Shown here: positions 18,635 to 25,788 of the stretch, one piece after another
How positions within the stretch are numbered: position 1 is the stretch's first letter
Layout of the letters: the number at the start of each line of letters is the position of its first letter
IMG/VR virus record: IMGVR_UViG_3300006224_000004
Strand: one strand, 5' to 3'
DNA: 44,994 nucleotides
Source of the DNA: a virus
Notes under the pieces: model-generated
What the model was told of the DNA's origin: nothing
Seen by the model: the letters and a program-made list of their open reading frames with translations, nothing else
Databases searched by the model: none
Made by a program: the position numbers and the translations under genes

Positions 18635-21600
18635 GTGGCGTATCCGACTGTTCAGACCGCCGACACCAAGTACGGCACCCAGACGTCGAACTCGACGTCG
18701 TGGACGCTGACCTACCCGACGAACCTCGCCAGCGGGGATCTGATTGTCGCGCTGATCGCTCTCGACGGAACTAGCTATACGACCACGTTTCCGGCGGGTT
18801 GGGTTTCGTCAGGCTTCGCCGGTACTGCGAACTCATTTGCCATATCTAAGAAGAAAAGTAACGGGACAGAAACCGGGGACTTCTCTGTCACCACGTCGAA
18901 CGAGCAAGGCGCGTGGCGGATATTCAGGATCACGGGATGGGAAGGCACGCTCGGAACGAATTGGGACAATACCGCGTCTAGTTCTGGCGCTGTTACCACC
19001 GGGGCGAATGTTACCGGCAGCCCCAGCACGACACCAGATCCGCCATCGCTCGACCCCTATAACTGGGCCACGGAGGACACGCTCTGGATCGCGGCGTGCA
19101 GCGTAGACACCAGCCGCACGATCTCGGGATATCCGAGTAACTGTCCCGACCTCAACATAGCAGACGTATCGGGCGGCTCGACCGGCGCAACGCTCGGGAC
19201 CGCGATGGCGAACAGCGCCAGCTCGTCATTCGATCCCGGCACGTTCACGATCTCCAACAGCGACGACTGGGTCGGTTTCACCATCGCCATCCGGCCCGCG
19301 GGCGGCAGCGGAACCACCCAGGCCGCCGTCGTCACGAACCAGAGTGCCGCCACGGTCGTCCCGACGGTCAAGGCTGGCGCGACCGTCGACGCGGTCGTCA
19401 CCAACGCCACCGGAGCAACGGTGGTGCCGGGTGCCGGCATCGCCGCGACGACGGAGGCTGTCGTCACCGATGCTGCCTGCGCGACGCCCGCCCCGACCGT
19501 CAGCGCGGGCGTCGGCATCTCGCCGCCGGTCATCTCGTCCATCGCCGCGACCGTCGCGGCGGCGATCATCGGCGGGGCGGTCACGCTCTCGGCTGTCCTG
19601 ACGAACGCGGCGGCGGCCACGCCCGCACCCGAGGCCACGGCGGGGGCTGGCGCGACGGCGGTCGTCACGAACGCGACGGCAGGCACCCTCGCGCCTTCGG
19701 TCCAAGGCAACGTCGTCCTCGGCGGTCTTACGGCAACGAACGCTTCGGCGGCTACTGTCGTCCCGACAGTCACCGCTGGAACCAGCGCTAACGTCACCGC
19801 TGTCGTTACGAACGCCGATGGCGCGACGATTGTCCCGACCTCTGTCACAGGGGACACCGGGACGACCCAGGCGGCGGTCGTCACCGACGCCGCCGGGGCC
19901 ACGGTTGCTCCAACTCTCGCGGCGGGAGCGACAGTCGCCGCGACCCTGACCAACGCCGACGGGGCCACGGTCGCCCCGTCCAGCGTCACCGGAGGATCGG
20001 TCGAGTCCTACACGGGCGAGCCGCCCACGACGAACGCCGACGCCGCGACAGTCTCTCCGACCGTCTCGGCAGGAGCGACCGTCACGACGGTCCTGACGGA
20101 CGCCGCTGGAGCCACCGCAGCTCCCGCCGTCAAGGCCGACACGGGCGTCACGGCGGTCGTAACGAACGCCGACGGGGCCACGGTCGTCCCGACGCTGGCC
20201 GCTGGCTCGACGGTGGACGCCGTCGTCACGGACGCGGCGGCCGCAACGATCCCACCCTCGAGCGTCACCGGACAGACGGTCGGCAGCTATAACGGTGCCC
20301 CGCCGGTCACGGACGCATCCGCCGCCACCGTCGCGCCTTCGGCCCAAGCCAACACGGTCATCGGCGGCCTGGCGGCCACGAACGCATCCGCCGCCACGGT
20401 CGTTCCCACCGCCTCGGCAGGGGCGACTGTTGCGGCCGTCGTCACGAACGCGACAGGGGCCACGGTTGTTCCGACCGTCTCGGCAGGGGCGACGGTTACG
20501 ACGGTTCTGACAGACGCCGCAGGAGCCACCGCGGTTCCGACCGCCAAGGGCGACACGGGCATCACGGCCGTTGTCACGAATGCGGACGGAGCCACCGTCG
20601 TCCCGACCGTCAGCGCCGGAACCGGCGGGAACGTCACCGCCGTCGTCACGAACGCGGACGGAGCGACCGCAGCGCCGACCGTATCGGCCACGAGCAATGT
20701 CGAAGTCGTCTCGACGAACGCGACCGGGGCGACGATCCCGCCGTTCAGCGTCGAGGGCCAAGTAGCCGGCGGCACCGAGCAATTCCCGCCGACCACGAAC
20801 GCATCCGGCGCAACCGCCGCTCCGTCGGCACAGGGGAACGTCGTTCTCGGTGGTCTGGCGGCGACAGATGCCGCAGCCGCCACACCGAATCCCTCCGTCA
20901 GCGCCGGGGCGAACGTCGACGCCGTCCTGACAGATGCCGCGGTCGCCACGCCCGCTCCGGCGGTCGAGGGCCAGGCAGCAGCCGGCACGGAACAGTTCCC
21001 GCCGGTCACGGACGCCGCGGCAGCGACCGTTGCGCCATCGGCCCAAGGGAACGTCGTCCTCAGTGGCCTGACGGCGACCAACGCGGATGCCGCCACGCCC
21101 GCCCCGGCGGTCGAGGGCGGTGTCGCGTTGAGCGGCGAGGTCACGGCCACGGTGGCGACCGCCACCGCCGGGACCGTCGTCGAGGATGGCGGCGAAGTCA
21201 CCGCCGGCGCGACGGTCACGACCGAGAGCGTACCGGACAGTGCGGGCGCGACGTCGGCACCGACCCTGTCCTCGGCAGCGGATGTCACGGCCACCGTAAC
21301 GAACGCCGACGCGGCCACTCCCGCGCCGGCAGCGTCAAGCGCGGCGAACGTCACCGCCGTCCCGACCGACGCCGCAGTCGCCACGCCGGTCCCCACCGTC
21401 GAGGGGCAGGCGGCCGAGGGCGTCGAGGTCGTGGCGGTCGTTACGAACGCCGACGCGGCCACCATCGCGCCGACGAGCATCGCGGGTGCCGCGGGCATCA
21501 CTGCCGTCGTCACGAACGCCCAAGCGGCCACGGTCACACCCTCGAGCGTCAGCACGGGCGCGAACGTCACCACGGTCGCCACGAACGCCCAGGCGGCCAC

Positions 21601-22273
21601 ACCGGCACCGGCCGTATCCGGGGCGGCGGACGTCACCGCCGTGGCCACAGGGGCCGACGTCGCAACGCCTGCGCCCGCCGTACAGGCCGCCGGGTTCGGG
21701 CAGGTCATCGCGGCCACCGCCGGCGCGACGGGGGCAACCGCGGCACCGACCCTGTCGGCCGGCGTCAACGTGACGGCCACGCTGGCTACCGCGACGACGG
21801 CCACGCTGGCCCCGGTCATCGGCGAGGGGAATACGGTCGCGGCGGTCGTCACCGGCGCAACGGCGGCGACGCCGGTCCCGAGCGTCGCCTACGGCTGGAC
21901 GGTCGCCGGAGTCGGCACCGGGGCATCGGCGGCCACGCCAGCTCCGGCCGTCTCCTACGGGTGGACGGTCGGCGCGGTCGTCTGCGGAGCAACGGGTGCC
22001 ACATGGGGTCCGGCCTTCGGCGGCGGGAAGACCAGCTACGCTGTCGTCGCCACGGCGGACGCGGCCACGCCGGCTCCGGAGGTCACGGTCGGCGGGTCGG
22101 TCCTCGCCACCACGGCCAGCGCGCTCTGCGAGACGAAGCACGCCACGTTCCACATCGACGTCATGTACCCGGGCGCGTGGGCGTCGGTCAGGCCGGTGAC
22201 GTGGAGCTCCGTCACCAAGATCACCCACTCGGCGACGATCACCAGCGAAACGACGGCAGGAGGGATCTCGTGA
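18635..22273 (+). CDS. Giant hyper-repetitive fibre-like protein (N-terminal globular domain plus about 38 copies of a 22-residue repeat)
   Basis: 1212 aa, GTG start with SD GGAGAGGG. The frame is kept open across about 2.8 kb of degenerate 66-nt repeats, and the non-repetitive N- and C-termini are protein-like. Confidence 0.8.
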   Translation: MAYPTVQTADTKYGTQTSNSTSWTLTYPTNLASGDLIVALIALDGTSYTTTFPAGWVSSGFAGTANSFAISKKKSNGTETGDFSVTTSNEQGAWRIFRITGWEGTLGTNWDNTASSSGAVTTGANVTGSPSTTPDPPSLDPYNWATEDTLWIAACSVDTSRTISGYPSNCPDLNIADVSGGSTGATLGTAMANSASSSFDPGTFTISNSDDWVGFTIAIRPAGGSGTTQAAVVTNQSAATVVPTVKAGATVDAVVTNATGATVVPGAGIAATTEAVVTDAACATPAPTVSAGVGISPPVISSIAATVAAAIIGGAVTLSAVLTNAAAATPAPEATAGAGATAVVTNATAGTLAPSVQGNVVLGGLTATNASAATVVPTVTAGTSANVTAVVTNADGATIVPTSVTGDTGTTQAAVVTDAAGATVAPTLAAGATVAATLTNADGATVAPSSVTGGSVESYTGEPPTTNADAATVSPTVSAGATVTTVLTDAAGATAAPAVKADTGVTAVVTNADGATVVPTLAAGSTVDAVVTDAAAATIPPSSVTGQTVGSYNGAPPVTDASAATVAPSAQANTVIGGLAATNASAATVVPTASAGATVAAVVTNATGATVVPTVSAGATVTTVLTDAAGATAVPTAKGDTGITAVVTNADGATVVPTVSAGTGGNVTAVVTNADGATAAPTVSATSNVEVVSTNATGATIPPFSVEGQVAGGTEQFPPTTNASGATAAPSAQGNVVLGGLAATDAAAATPNPSVSAGANVDAVLTDAAVATPAPAVEGQAAAGTEQFPPVTDAAAATVAPSAQGNVVLSGLTATNADAATPAPAVEGGVALSGEVTATVATATAGTVVEDGGEVTAGATVTTESVPDSAGATSAPTLSSAADVTATVTNADAATPAPAASSAANVTAVPTDAAVATPVPTVEGQAAEGVEVVAVVTNADAATIAPTSIAGAAGITAVVTNAQAATVTPSSVSTGANVTTVATNAQAATPAPAVSGAADVTAVATGADVATPAPAVQAAGFGQVIAATAGATGATAAPTLSAGVNVTATLATATTATLAPVIGEGNTVAAVVTGATAATPVPSVAYGWTVAGVGTGASAATPAPAVSYGWTVGAVVCGATGATWGPAFGGGKTSYAVVATADAATPAPEVTVGGSVLATTASALCETKHATFHIDVMYPGAWASVRPVTWSSVTKITHSATITSETTAGGIS
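19320..22100 (+). repeat. Degenerate tandem array, 66-nt (22-codon) period, inside CDS 18635..22273
   Basis: I hand-counted about 38 copies of the core T-(N/D)-A-x-x-A-T-x-x-P. DNA strings such as gtcgtcacgaacgccgacggggccacggtcgtcccgac recur. Confidence 0.85.
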
Positions 22274-22641
22274 ATCAGGAACGGCTCGAGATGATCCGTG
22301 GCGACAATCAGCAGTTCACGATCGCCGCCCAGGTGACGGCCGGCGGCGTGACGACGATCCCCGACATCTCGTCATGGACGATCTGGATGACCGGCAAGCT
22401 CGACAAGGCCGACTCCGATGCGGAGGCCCTGTTCCAGATCAAGACGCCGACCGAGATCGAGATTACGGACGGAGCCGGCGGCATCGCCGTGGCGACCCTG
22501 CCGACGACGGCAACGTCCAGCTTGACGGGCACCACCGTCGTCTACTTCGACGTGCAGGGGAAGGAAGGCGGCGGCGCGATCCATACGCTCGCCATCGGGA
22601 CGATCAAGGTGCTGGTGGACGTGACGGTGGATACGACGTAG
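22270..22641 (+). CDS. Small beta-sandwich-like protein (possible fibre accessory or Ig-like protein)
   Basis: 123 aa from a GTG overlapping the upstream TGA (alternative ATG at 22291). The pattern IRGDNQQFTI...ISSWTIWMTGK...VYFDVQ...GTIKVLVDVT is typical of small phage beta-sandwich proteins. Confidence 0.45.
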   Translation: MNQERLEMIRGDNQQFTIAAQVTAGGVTTIPDISSWTIWMTGKLDKADSDAEALFQIKTPTEIEITDGAGGIAVATLPTTATSSLTGTTVVYFDVQGKEGGGAIHTLAIGTIKVLVDVTVDTT

Positions 22642-22840
22642 AGCGAACCCATCCCGAACCCTTGTCCGCCAACAGCAGCGAAATCACTAAGTAAGTCGCT
22701 CTAGAGCAATTAGTTAGGAAACCATTGCTCTATCCACCTGAGCTACGGGCCCCCGAGGTTTTACTAGGCCGAACGTGGCGCGAACGTGGCCGGGATCGAA
22801 CCCTTTCCGAACCCTTCAGAACCCGGTCCAGAACCCGCCC
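22639..22840. other. Putative attP region (core plus arm-type repeats)
   Basis: A tRNA-like core lies next to the integrase gene. There is a 9-bp inverted repeat, TAGAGCAAT (22702-22710) / ATTGCTCTA (22724-32). CGAACCC-type repeats flank it at 22644, 22655, 22797 and 22808, with AGAACCC at 22818 and 22830. CGAACGTGGC occurs twice (22770, 22781), about 11 bp apart. Confidence 0.55.
22713..22752 (-). other. tRNA-Arg(CCU)-like 5' half (acceptor strand, D-arm, anticodon stem 5' strand and loop); not a complete tRNA
   Basis: The minus strand reads GGGCCCG TA GCTC AGGTGGAT AGAGC A ATGGT TTCCTAA, a canonical 5' half with U33 and a purine at position 37. The following CTAAT cannot pair with ATGGT, and no T-arm or 3' acceptor strand follows. 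Confidence 0.6.
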
Positions 22841-23869
22841 GGCGGACAGCCGCGCCGTCCACCGCTCGGCCACTTCCCGGCTCGACTCGTCGTAGTGCTG
22901 GCGGGTCACGCTGGCGTCCACATGGCCGAGCGTACCCGATACCAACCCGAGCGGCATCCCGGCCTCCCGCGCCATCGTCGCCGCCTGAGCCCGCGTCCAG
23001 CCGATCGTCGTCCGGACGGGCACCTTCGCCGCCCGGCACGCCGCCTCAAGCGTCCGGCGGAAGGACGGGCGACCGAGCAGCGGAGCGTCGGCGCCCACAT
23101 CGGCCGGCATCTTCGCCATGAACGCCCGTAGCGCCCGACCGAGGCCGGGCGAGATCGGTACTACCTCCTCCGACCCGCGCCGCCCAGGGCGGCCCTTGGC
23201 GCGGCGTAGTACCAGCGTCTTGCGCCGGAGGTCGAGGTCGCCGACCCGGATGCGCCGGATCTCGGCCTCCCGGGCACCCGTCCGCAGGCCGATCTCGAGC
23301 GCCGTCCGGGTGACGGTCCCGAGCGGGATCTGGCGCAGGAGCCGGGCGAGCTCGACGCGGCTCATGGTCTTCGGCGTCCGGCCCGGGAGCTCGAGCCGCG
23401 GGACGGCCGGGACGGGCAGATCCGCCCGCCGGAGGGCTGTCCTCAAGATGACCAGCGCGTTGTGGATCATCCGGCCGCGGCTGGACGTGTTGGTTCGGCA
23501 CCAGGCGACGAAGTCGACGAGGTCGGCCCGATGGAGCCCGGCCTCCATATGCTCGCCGCGCCAACGGACGAATAGTGTCCGTGCCGCCCGGATGCTCTGG
23601 ACATGGCGCTCGGAGCGCCCGAGCGCCTCAGACTCGGCGGCGTAGGCGTCGAGGACGGACCCGATCGTCGGCGGCATCTGGGGCTCTGCCGGGACCGGGA
23701 GCCCGAGCCGGACGGCCAGGAGCCGCGCCCGGAGCTGGTCCCGGGCGGCCTCGGCCTCCTCCCGGGTCTTGAACGTGCCCTTCCGGAGCCGGCCGCCGAG
23801 CCAGATCCGGAGTTTGTACCGGCCGTTCGTGGCCCGGGAGACGCCGTCCACCCACGGCCGCGCCTTCAC
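22730..23869 (-). CDS. int: Tyrosine recombinase / phage integrase
   Basis: 379 aa, GTG start. It has an N-terminal SAM-like domain and catalytic-domain motifs (LRTGAREAEIRRIRVGDLDL; ...LGHVDASVTRQHY). The 3' end runs through the arm repeats and ends inside the tRNA-like core. Confidence 0.92.
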   Translation of the reverse strand: MKARPWVDGVSRATNGRYKLRIWLGGRLRKGTFKTREEAEAARDQLRARLLAVRLGLPVPAEPQMPPTIGSVLDAYAAESEALGRSERHVQSIRAARTLFVRWRGEHMEAGLHRADLVDFVAWCRTNTSSRGRMIHNALVILRTALRRADLPVPAVPRLELPGRTPKTMSRVELARLLRQIPLGTVTRTALEIGLRTGAREAEIRRIRVGDLDLRRKTLVLRRAKGRPGRRGSEEVVPISPGLGRALRAFMAKMPADVGADAPLLGRPSFRRTLEAACRAAKVPVRTTIGWTRAQAATMAREAGMPLGLVSGTLGHVDASVTRQHYDESSREVAERWTARLSAGRVLDRVLKGSERVRSRPRSRHVRPSKTSGARSSGG

Positions 23870-24045
23870 TTACGCCGATCTTTCGGCTTCTGGAGCCGGG
23901 GCTCCACTACCTTCTCGACCCGGAGCTTCTTCGTCCCGGCCCCGTTCGTGAAGGTGGCGTCGATGCGCTGGCCGACGCCGGCGGGCGTCAGGAGGTCGAG
24001 GATCTCGCCGGACAGGGAGATCGTCGCGGGGCGGCGCTTCTTCAT
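23866..24045 (-). CDS. Small basic protein translationally coupled to int (possible excision or directionality factor, speculative)
   Basis: 59 aa (MKKRRPATISLSGEILDLLTPAGVGQRIDATF...), below the cutoff of the supplied track. ATGA overlap with the upstream RHH gene and GTGA overlap with int. Confidence 0.4.
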   Translation of the reverse strand: MKKRRPATISLSGEILDLLTPAGVGQRIDATFTNGAGTKKLRVEKVVEPRLQKPKDRRK

Positions 24046-24269
24046 TGCGGAACGAACCGCTTGTGACGGCCAGATCGCGGCCGAGGTGCCGGGTCGTCAG
24101 GCCCTTCCGGTACTTGCGCCCGCCTTGCGGCCAGTGCTTCCGTCAACAGAAGTCGCGCCATGTTCCCGAGACGGCGCATCTCCTTAGAGGCGAAGGACCG
24201 GATCTCCTCGTATTCCTCCAGGGTCAAACGGACGTTGATCTGACGTAAGAGGAGTTCCTGCTCCTTCAT
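24042..24269 (-). CDS. Ribbon-helix-helix (CopG/Arc-like) DNA-binding protein, candidate lysogeny-side regulator
   Basis: 75 aa from ATG 24269. INVRLTLEEYEEIRSFASKEMRRLGNMARLLLTEAL is a typical RHH beta-alpha-alpha pattern. It is the first gene of the minus-strand operon with int. The track ORF start at 24305 would lie inside the opposing promoter. Confidence 0.6.
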   Translation of the reverse strand: MKEQELLLRQINVRLTLEEYEEIRSFASKEMRRLGNMARLLLTEALAARRAQVPEGPDDPAPRPRSGRHKRFVPQ

Positions 24270-24305
24270 GCCCGAAAACATAGCGCCGAAATCACCGCTT
24301 GACAA
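24267..24305 (-). promoter_or_regulatory. Leftward sigma70-like promoter, apparently leaderless
   Basis: On the minus strand: TTGTCA (24305-24300), a 17-nt spacer, TATGTT (24282-24277), then 7 nt and ATG (24269). No SD is present. Confidence 0.5.
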
Positions 24306-24336
24306 AGATATCTTCCGTCGCTATCTTTCGCTTATG
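24299..24336 (+). promoter_or_regulatory. Rightward sigma70-like promoter, apparently leaderless, with a palindromic operator candidate
   Basis: TTGACA (24299-24304), a 17-nt spacer containing the palindrome AAGATATCTT (24305-24314), TATCTT (24322-24327), then 6 nt and ATG (24334). The -35 hexamer overlaps the leftward -35 by 5 bp. Confidence 0.5.
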
Positions 24337-24513
24337 CCCCGAAAGAAACAGAAGCTAGGACCCGGAAAGTTCGTCAGGTTCCCGCGCCCGATTCTCTCCC
24401 GCATCGAAGCCATCGCCATCGCAGAGGACCGAACCGTCTCGGCGACGGTCCGCGTGCTGGTCGAGCGGGCGCTCGCCGCCCACGAATCCAACCAGAAGCA
24501 GGAGGTCGCATGA
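24334..24513 (+). CDS. Ribbon-helix-helix (CopG-like) DNA-binding protein, candidate Cro-like early regulator
   Basis: 59 aa from ATG 24334. FVRFPRPILSRIEAIAIAEDRTVSATVRVLVERAL fits the RHH pattern. It is the first gene of the rightward early operon. Confidence 0.55.
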   Translation: MPRKKQKLGPGKFVRFPRPILSRIEAIAIAEDRTVSATVRVLVERALAAHESNQKQEVA

Positions 24514-24767
24514 CCTACCTCGAGCTCTCCGAAGAGAACGACCGCCTCAAGGAAGAGAACGCCGAACTGAGGGCTCAGGTCGAGCGCATCGGAGTCGCGT
24601 GGAACCAGATGGCCTCGTGGCACGCGCAGATGCACGACTGGCTGTTCCACTTCGGCAAGCACTCCGACGAGTGCCTGTCCGCGCCGGTCCGCGAGCGGTG
24701 CATCTGCGGGCTCTCGGCCGCGCTGAACCCCGACTACTCCAACCAGACCGCGACCAAGGCGGCGTGA
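24510..24767 (+). CDS. Small coiled-coil plus Cys/His protein
   Basis: 85 aa with an ATGA overlap: LELSEENDRLKEENAELRAQVERI ... HFGKHSDECLSAPVRERCICG. Confidence 0.45.
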   Translation: MTYLELSEENDRLKEENAELRAQVERIGVAWNQMASWHAQMHDWLFHFGKHSDECLSAPVRERCICGLSAALNPDYSNQTATKAA

Positions 24768-24771
24768 CGCC

Positions 24772-25059
24772 ATGAGATGCGGACTGGTCGTCCCCGCGTT
24801 TGCGCTCGCACTGGCCGGATGCATCTCGAGCGCGCCCGGAGCCGAGAAGGTGCTCGTCACGACCCGGCCCGAGGACATCGCCGGTTGCACGCTGATCGGA
24901 GAAGTCAAACTCAGTCGGGACGACATCGGCCGAAGCCTGAGCACTCAGTACGTCGTCCCGATGCAGAACGGCACGCTCGCCATCGGCGGCAACGTGCTTT
25001 TCAGGACGTCGCTGTCCACCGGCATCGCCTACCGCTGCGACATCGCAGGGACTCCCTGA
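24772..25059 (+). CDS. Lipoprotein (DUF4156-like), possible superinfection-exclusion or moron product
   Basis: 95 aa with a signal peptide and lipobox (FALALAGC). The body ...CTLIGEVK...NGTLAIGGNVLFRT...GIAYRC resembles the DUF4156 lipoprotein pattern. Confidence 0.6.
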   Translation: MRCGLVVPAFALALAGCISSAPGAEKVLVTTRPEDIAGCTLIGEVKLSRDDIGRSLSTQYVVPMQNGTLAIGGNVLFRTSLSTGIAYRCDIAGTP

Positions 25060-25060
25060 G

Positions 25061-25594
25061 ATGGCCTGCCCGCCACCGGCCGCCGGACCCGGAAGCTCTG
25101 GCGGTCCCCGCCTCGGCACCTCCAAAGACGCCGGCGCCCGGACCTCCTCGGGCGCCGGTCCCGCCGCCGACCTGTTAACGCAAGTCATGGAACTGCGGGC
25201 GCGGGTGGCCGAGCTGGAGCGGGTGCAGATGTGCGGCGACGCCGACCGACCGATGCGGCTGGCCGAGCTGGCGAAACGGATCGGACCCGGCAAGTCGGTG
25301 GCGACTTTGCGCGGCTGGATCAAGCGACCCGCGTCGCGGCGGAAGTACCGGCTCGAGATGCTGCTCCGGCGCGATCCCACGGGTCACTGGTACTCGACGC
25401 CGCGGCTCCTCGCCGCCTGGTCGAACGCGCTGGCGAAAAGTGCCCAACACCTGATCGTGAGGAGGTGGGTCAACAGCCAGATACAAACGCCCAACAGGCC
25501 CCCGGCGCTCCCCGGCGAAGGCACACCTTTGCAAGCCAGACCATTCGGCACGGCCCGGGATGGCGCGGTCCCGGGCACTTTGGAGGACAAATGA
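25061..25594 (+). CDS. Putative HTH DNA-binding protein (MerR/excisionase-like helix-turn-helix)
   Basis: MRLAELAKRIGPGKSVATLRGWIKR is HTH-like. The first 40 or so residues are low complexity, so the true start may be ATG 25187 (MELRARVAELERV). Confidence 0.4.
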   Translation: MACPPPAAGPGSSGGPRLGTSKDAGARTSSGAGPAADLLTQVMELRARVAELERVQMCGDADRPMRLAELAKRIGPGKSVATLRGWIKRPASRRKYRLEMLLRRDPTGHWYSTPRLLAAWSNALAKSAQHLIVRRWVNSQIQTPNRPPALPGEGTPLQARPFGTARDGAVPGTLEDK

Positions 25595-25788
25595 CGATAC
25601 GTCCCGTCCTTCGCCCGGTCCCGGTCACGGAGACGCAACCCCGCCTCGTCCGCGCCCGCAGGCGCCGGCCGCTGGCGCAGGCCCACACGTTCATCGTCGA
25701 GGCGATCCGCGTGATCTCGGCGACCGGAGCCGTCAAGGACGTGGACCCGCGGCGGTGGGCCAAGTACGGCCTCGAGGTCGAGCCGTGA
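25591..25788 (+). CDS. Hypothetical protein
   Basis: 65 aa with an ATGA overlap. Confidence 0.35.
   Translation: MTIRPVLRPVPVTETQPRLVRARRRRPLAQAHTFIVEAIRVISATGAVKDVDPRRWAKYGLEVEP

Noticed and set aside
19057-21852. Minus-strand ORFs of 310, 606 and 521 aa, and short plus-strand alternative-frame ORFs, inside the repeat array.
   Set aside because: These are mirror images or frame shifts of the Ala/Val/Thr repeat codons (GCC/GTC/ACG). The plus-strand frame starting at 18635 is the only one with non-repetitive protein-like termini, an SD and continuity with neighbouring genes.
19320-22100. A CRISPR array or a diversity-generating retroelement variable region.
   Set aside because: The repeats are contiguous with no spacers, are degenerate, and stay in frame inside a CDS. 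No cas genes, reverse transcriptase or template repeat exist in the genome. Variation is not restricted to adenine-templated positions.
22698-22754. A complete tRNA gene on the minus strand.
   Set aside because: Only the 5' half folds. After the anticodon loop the sequence cannot form the anticodon stem, and there is no T-arm or 3' acceptor strand. I interpret it as an att core fragment.
22791-22815. A T-loop-like string on the minus strand (GGGTTCGATCCCGG ... CGCCA) upstream of the tRNA-like half, possibly a second tRNA remnant.
   Set aside because: The stem would be only 3 bp with a 6-nt loop. It lies on the wrong side of the 5' half and is one member of the GGGTTC(G/T) repeat series inside the int coding region. 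It is more simply an arm-type repeat.
24334-24767. A toxin-antitoxin pair (RHH antitoxin plus a downstream small toxin).
   Set aside because: The downstream 85-aa protein has no toxin-like features (no RelE, ParE, PIN or MazF pattern). The RHH gene sits at a divergent promoter next to int, which fits a phage switch better.
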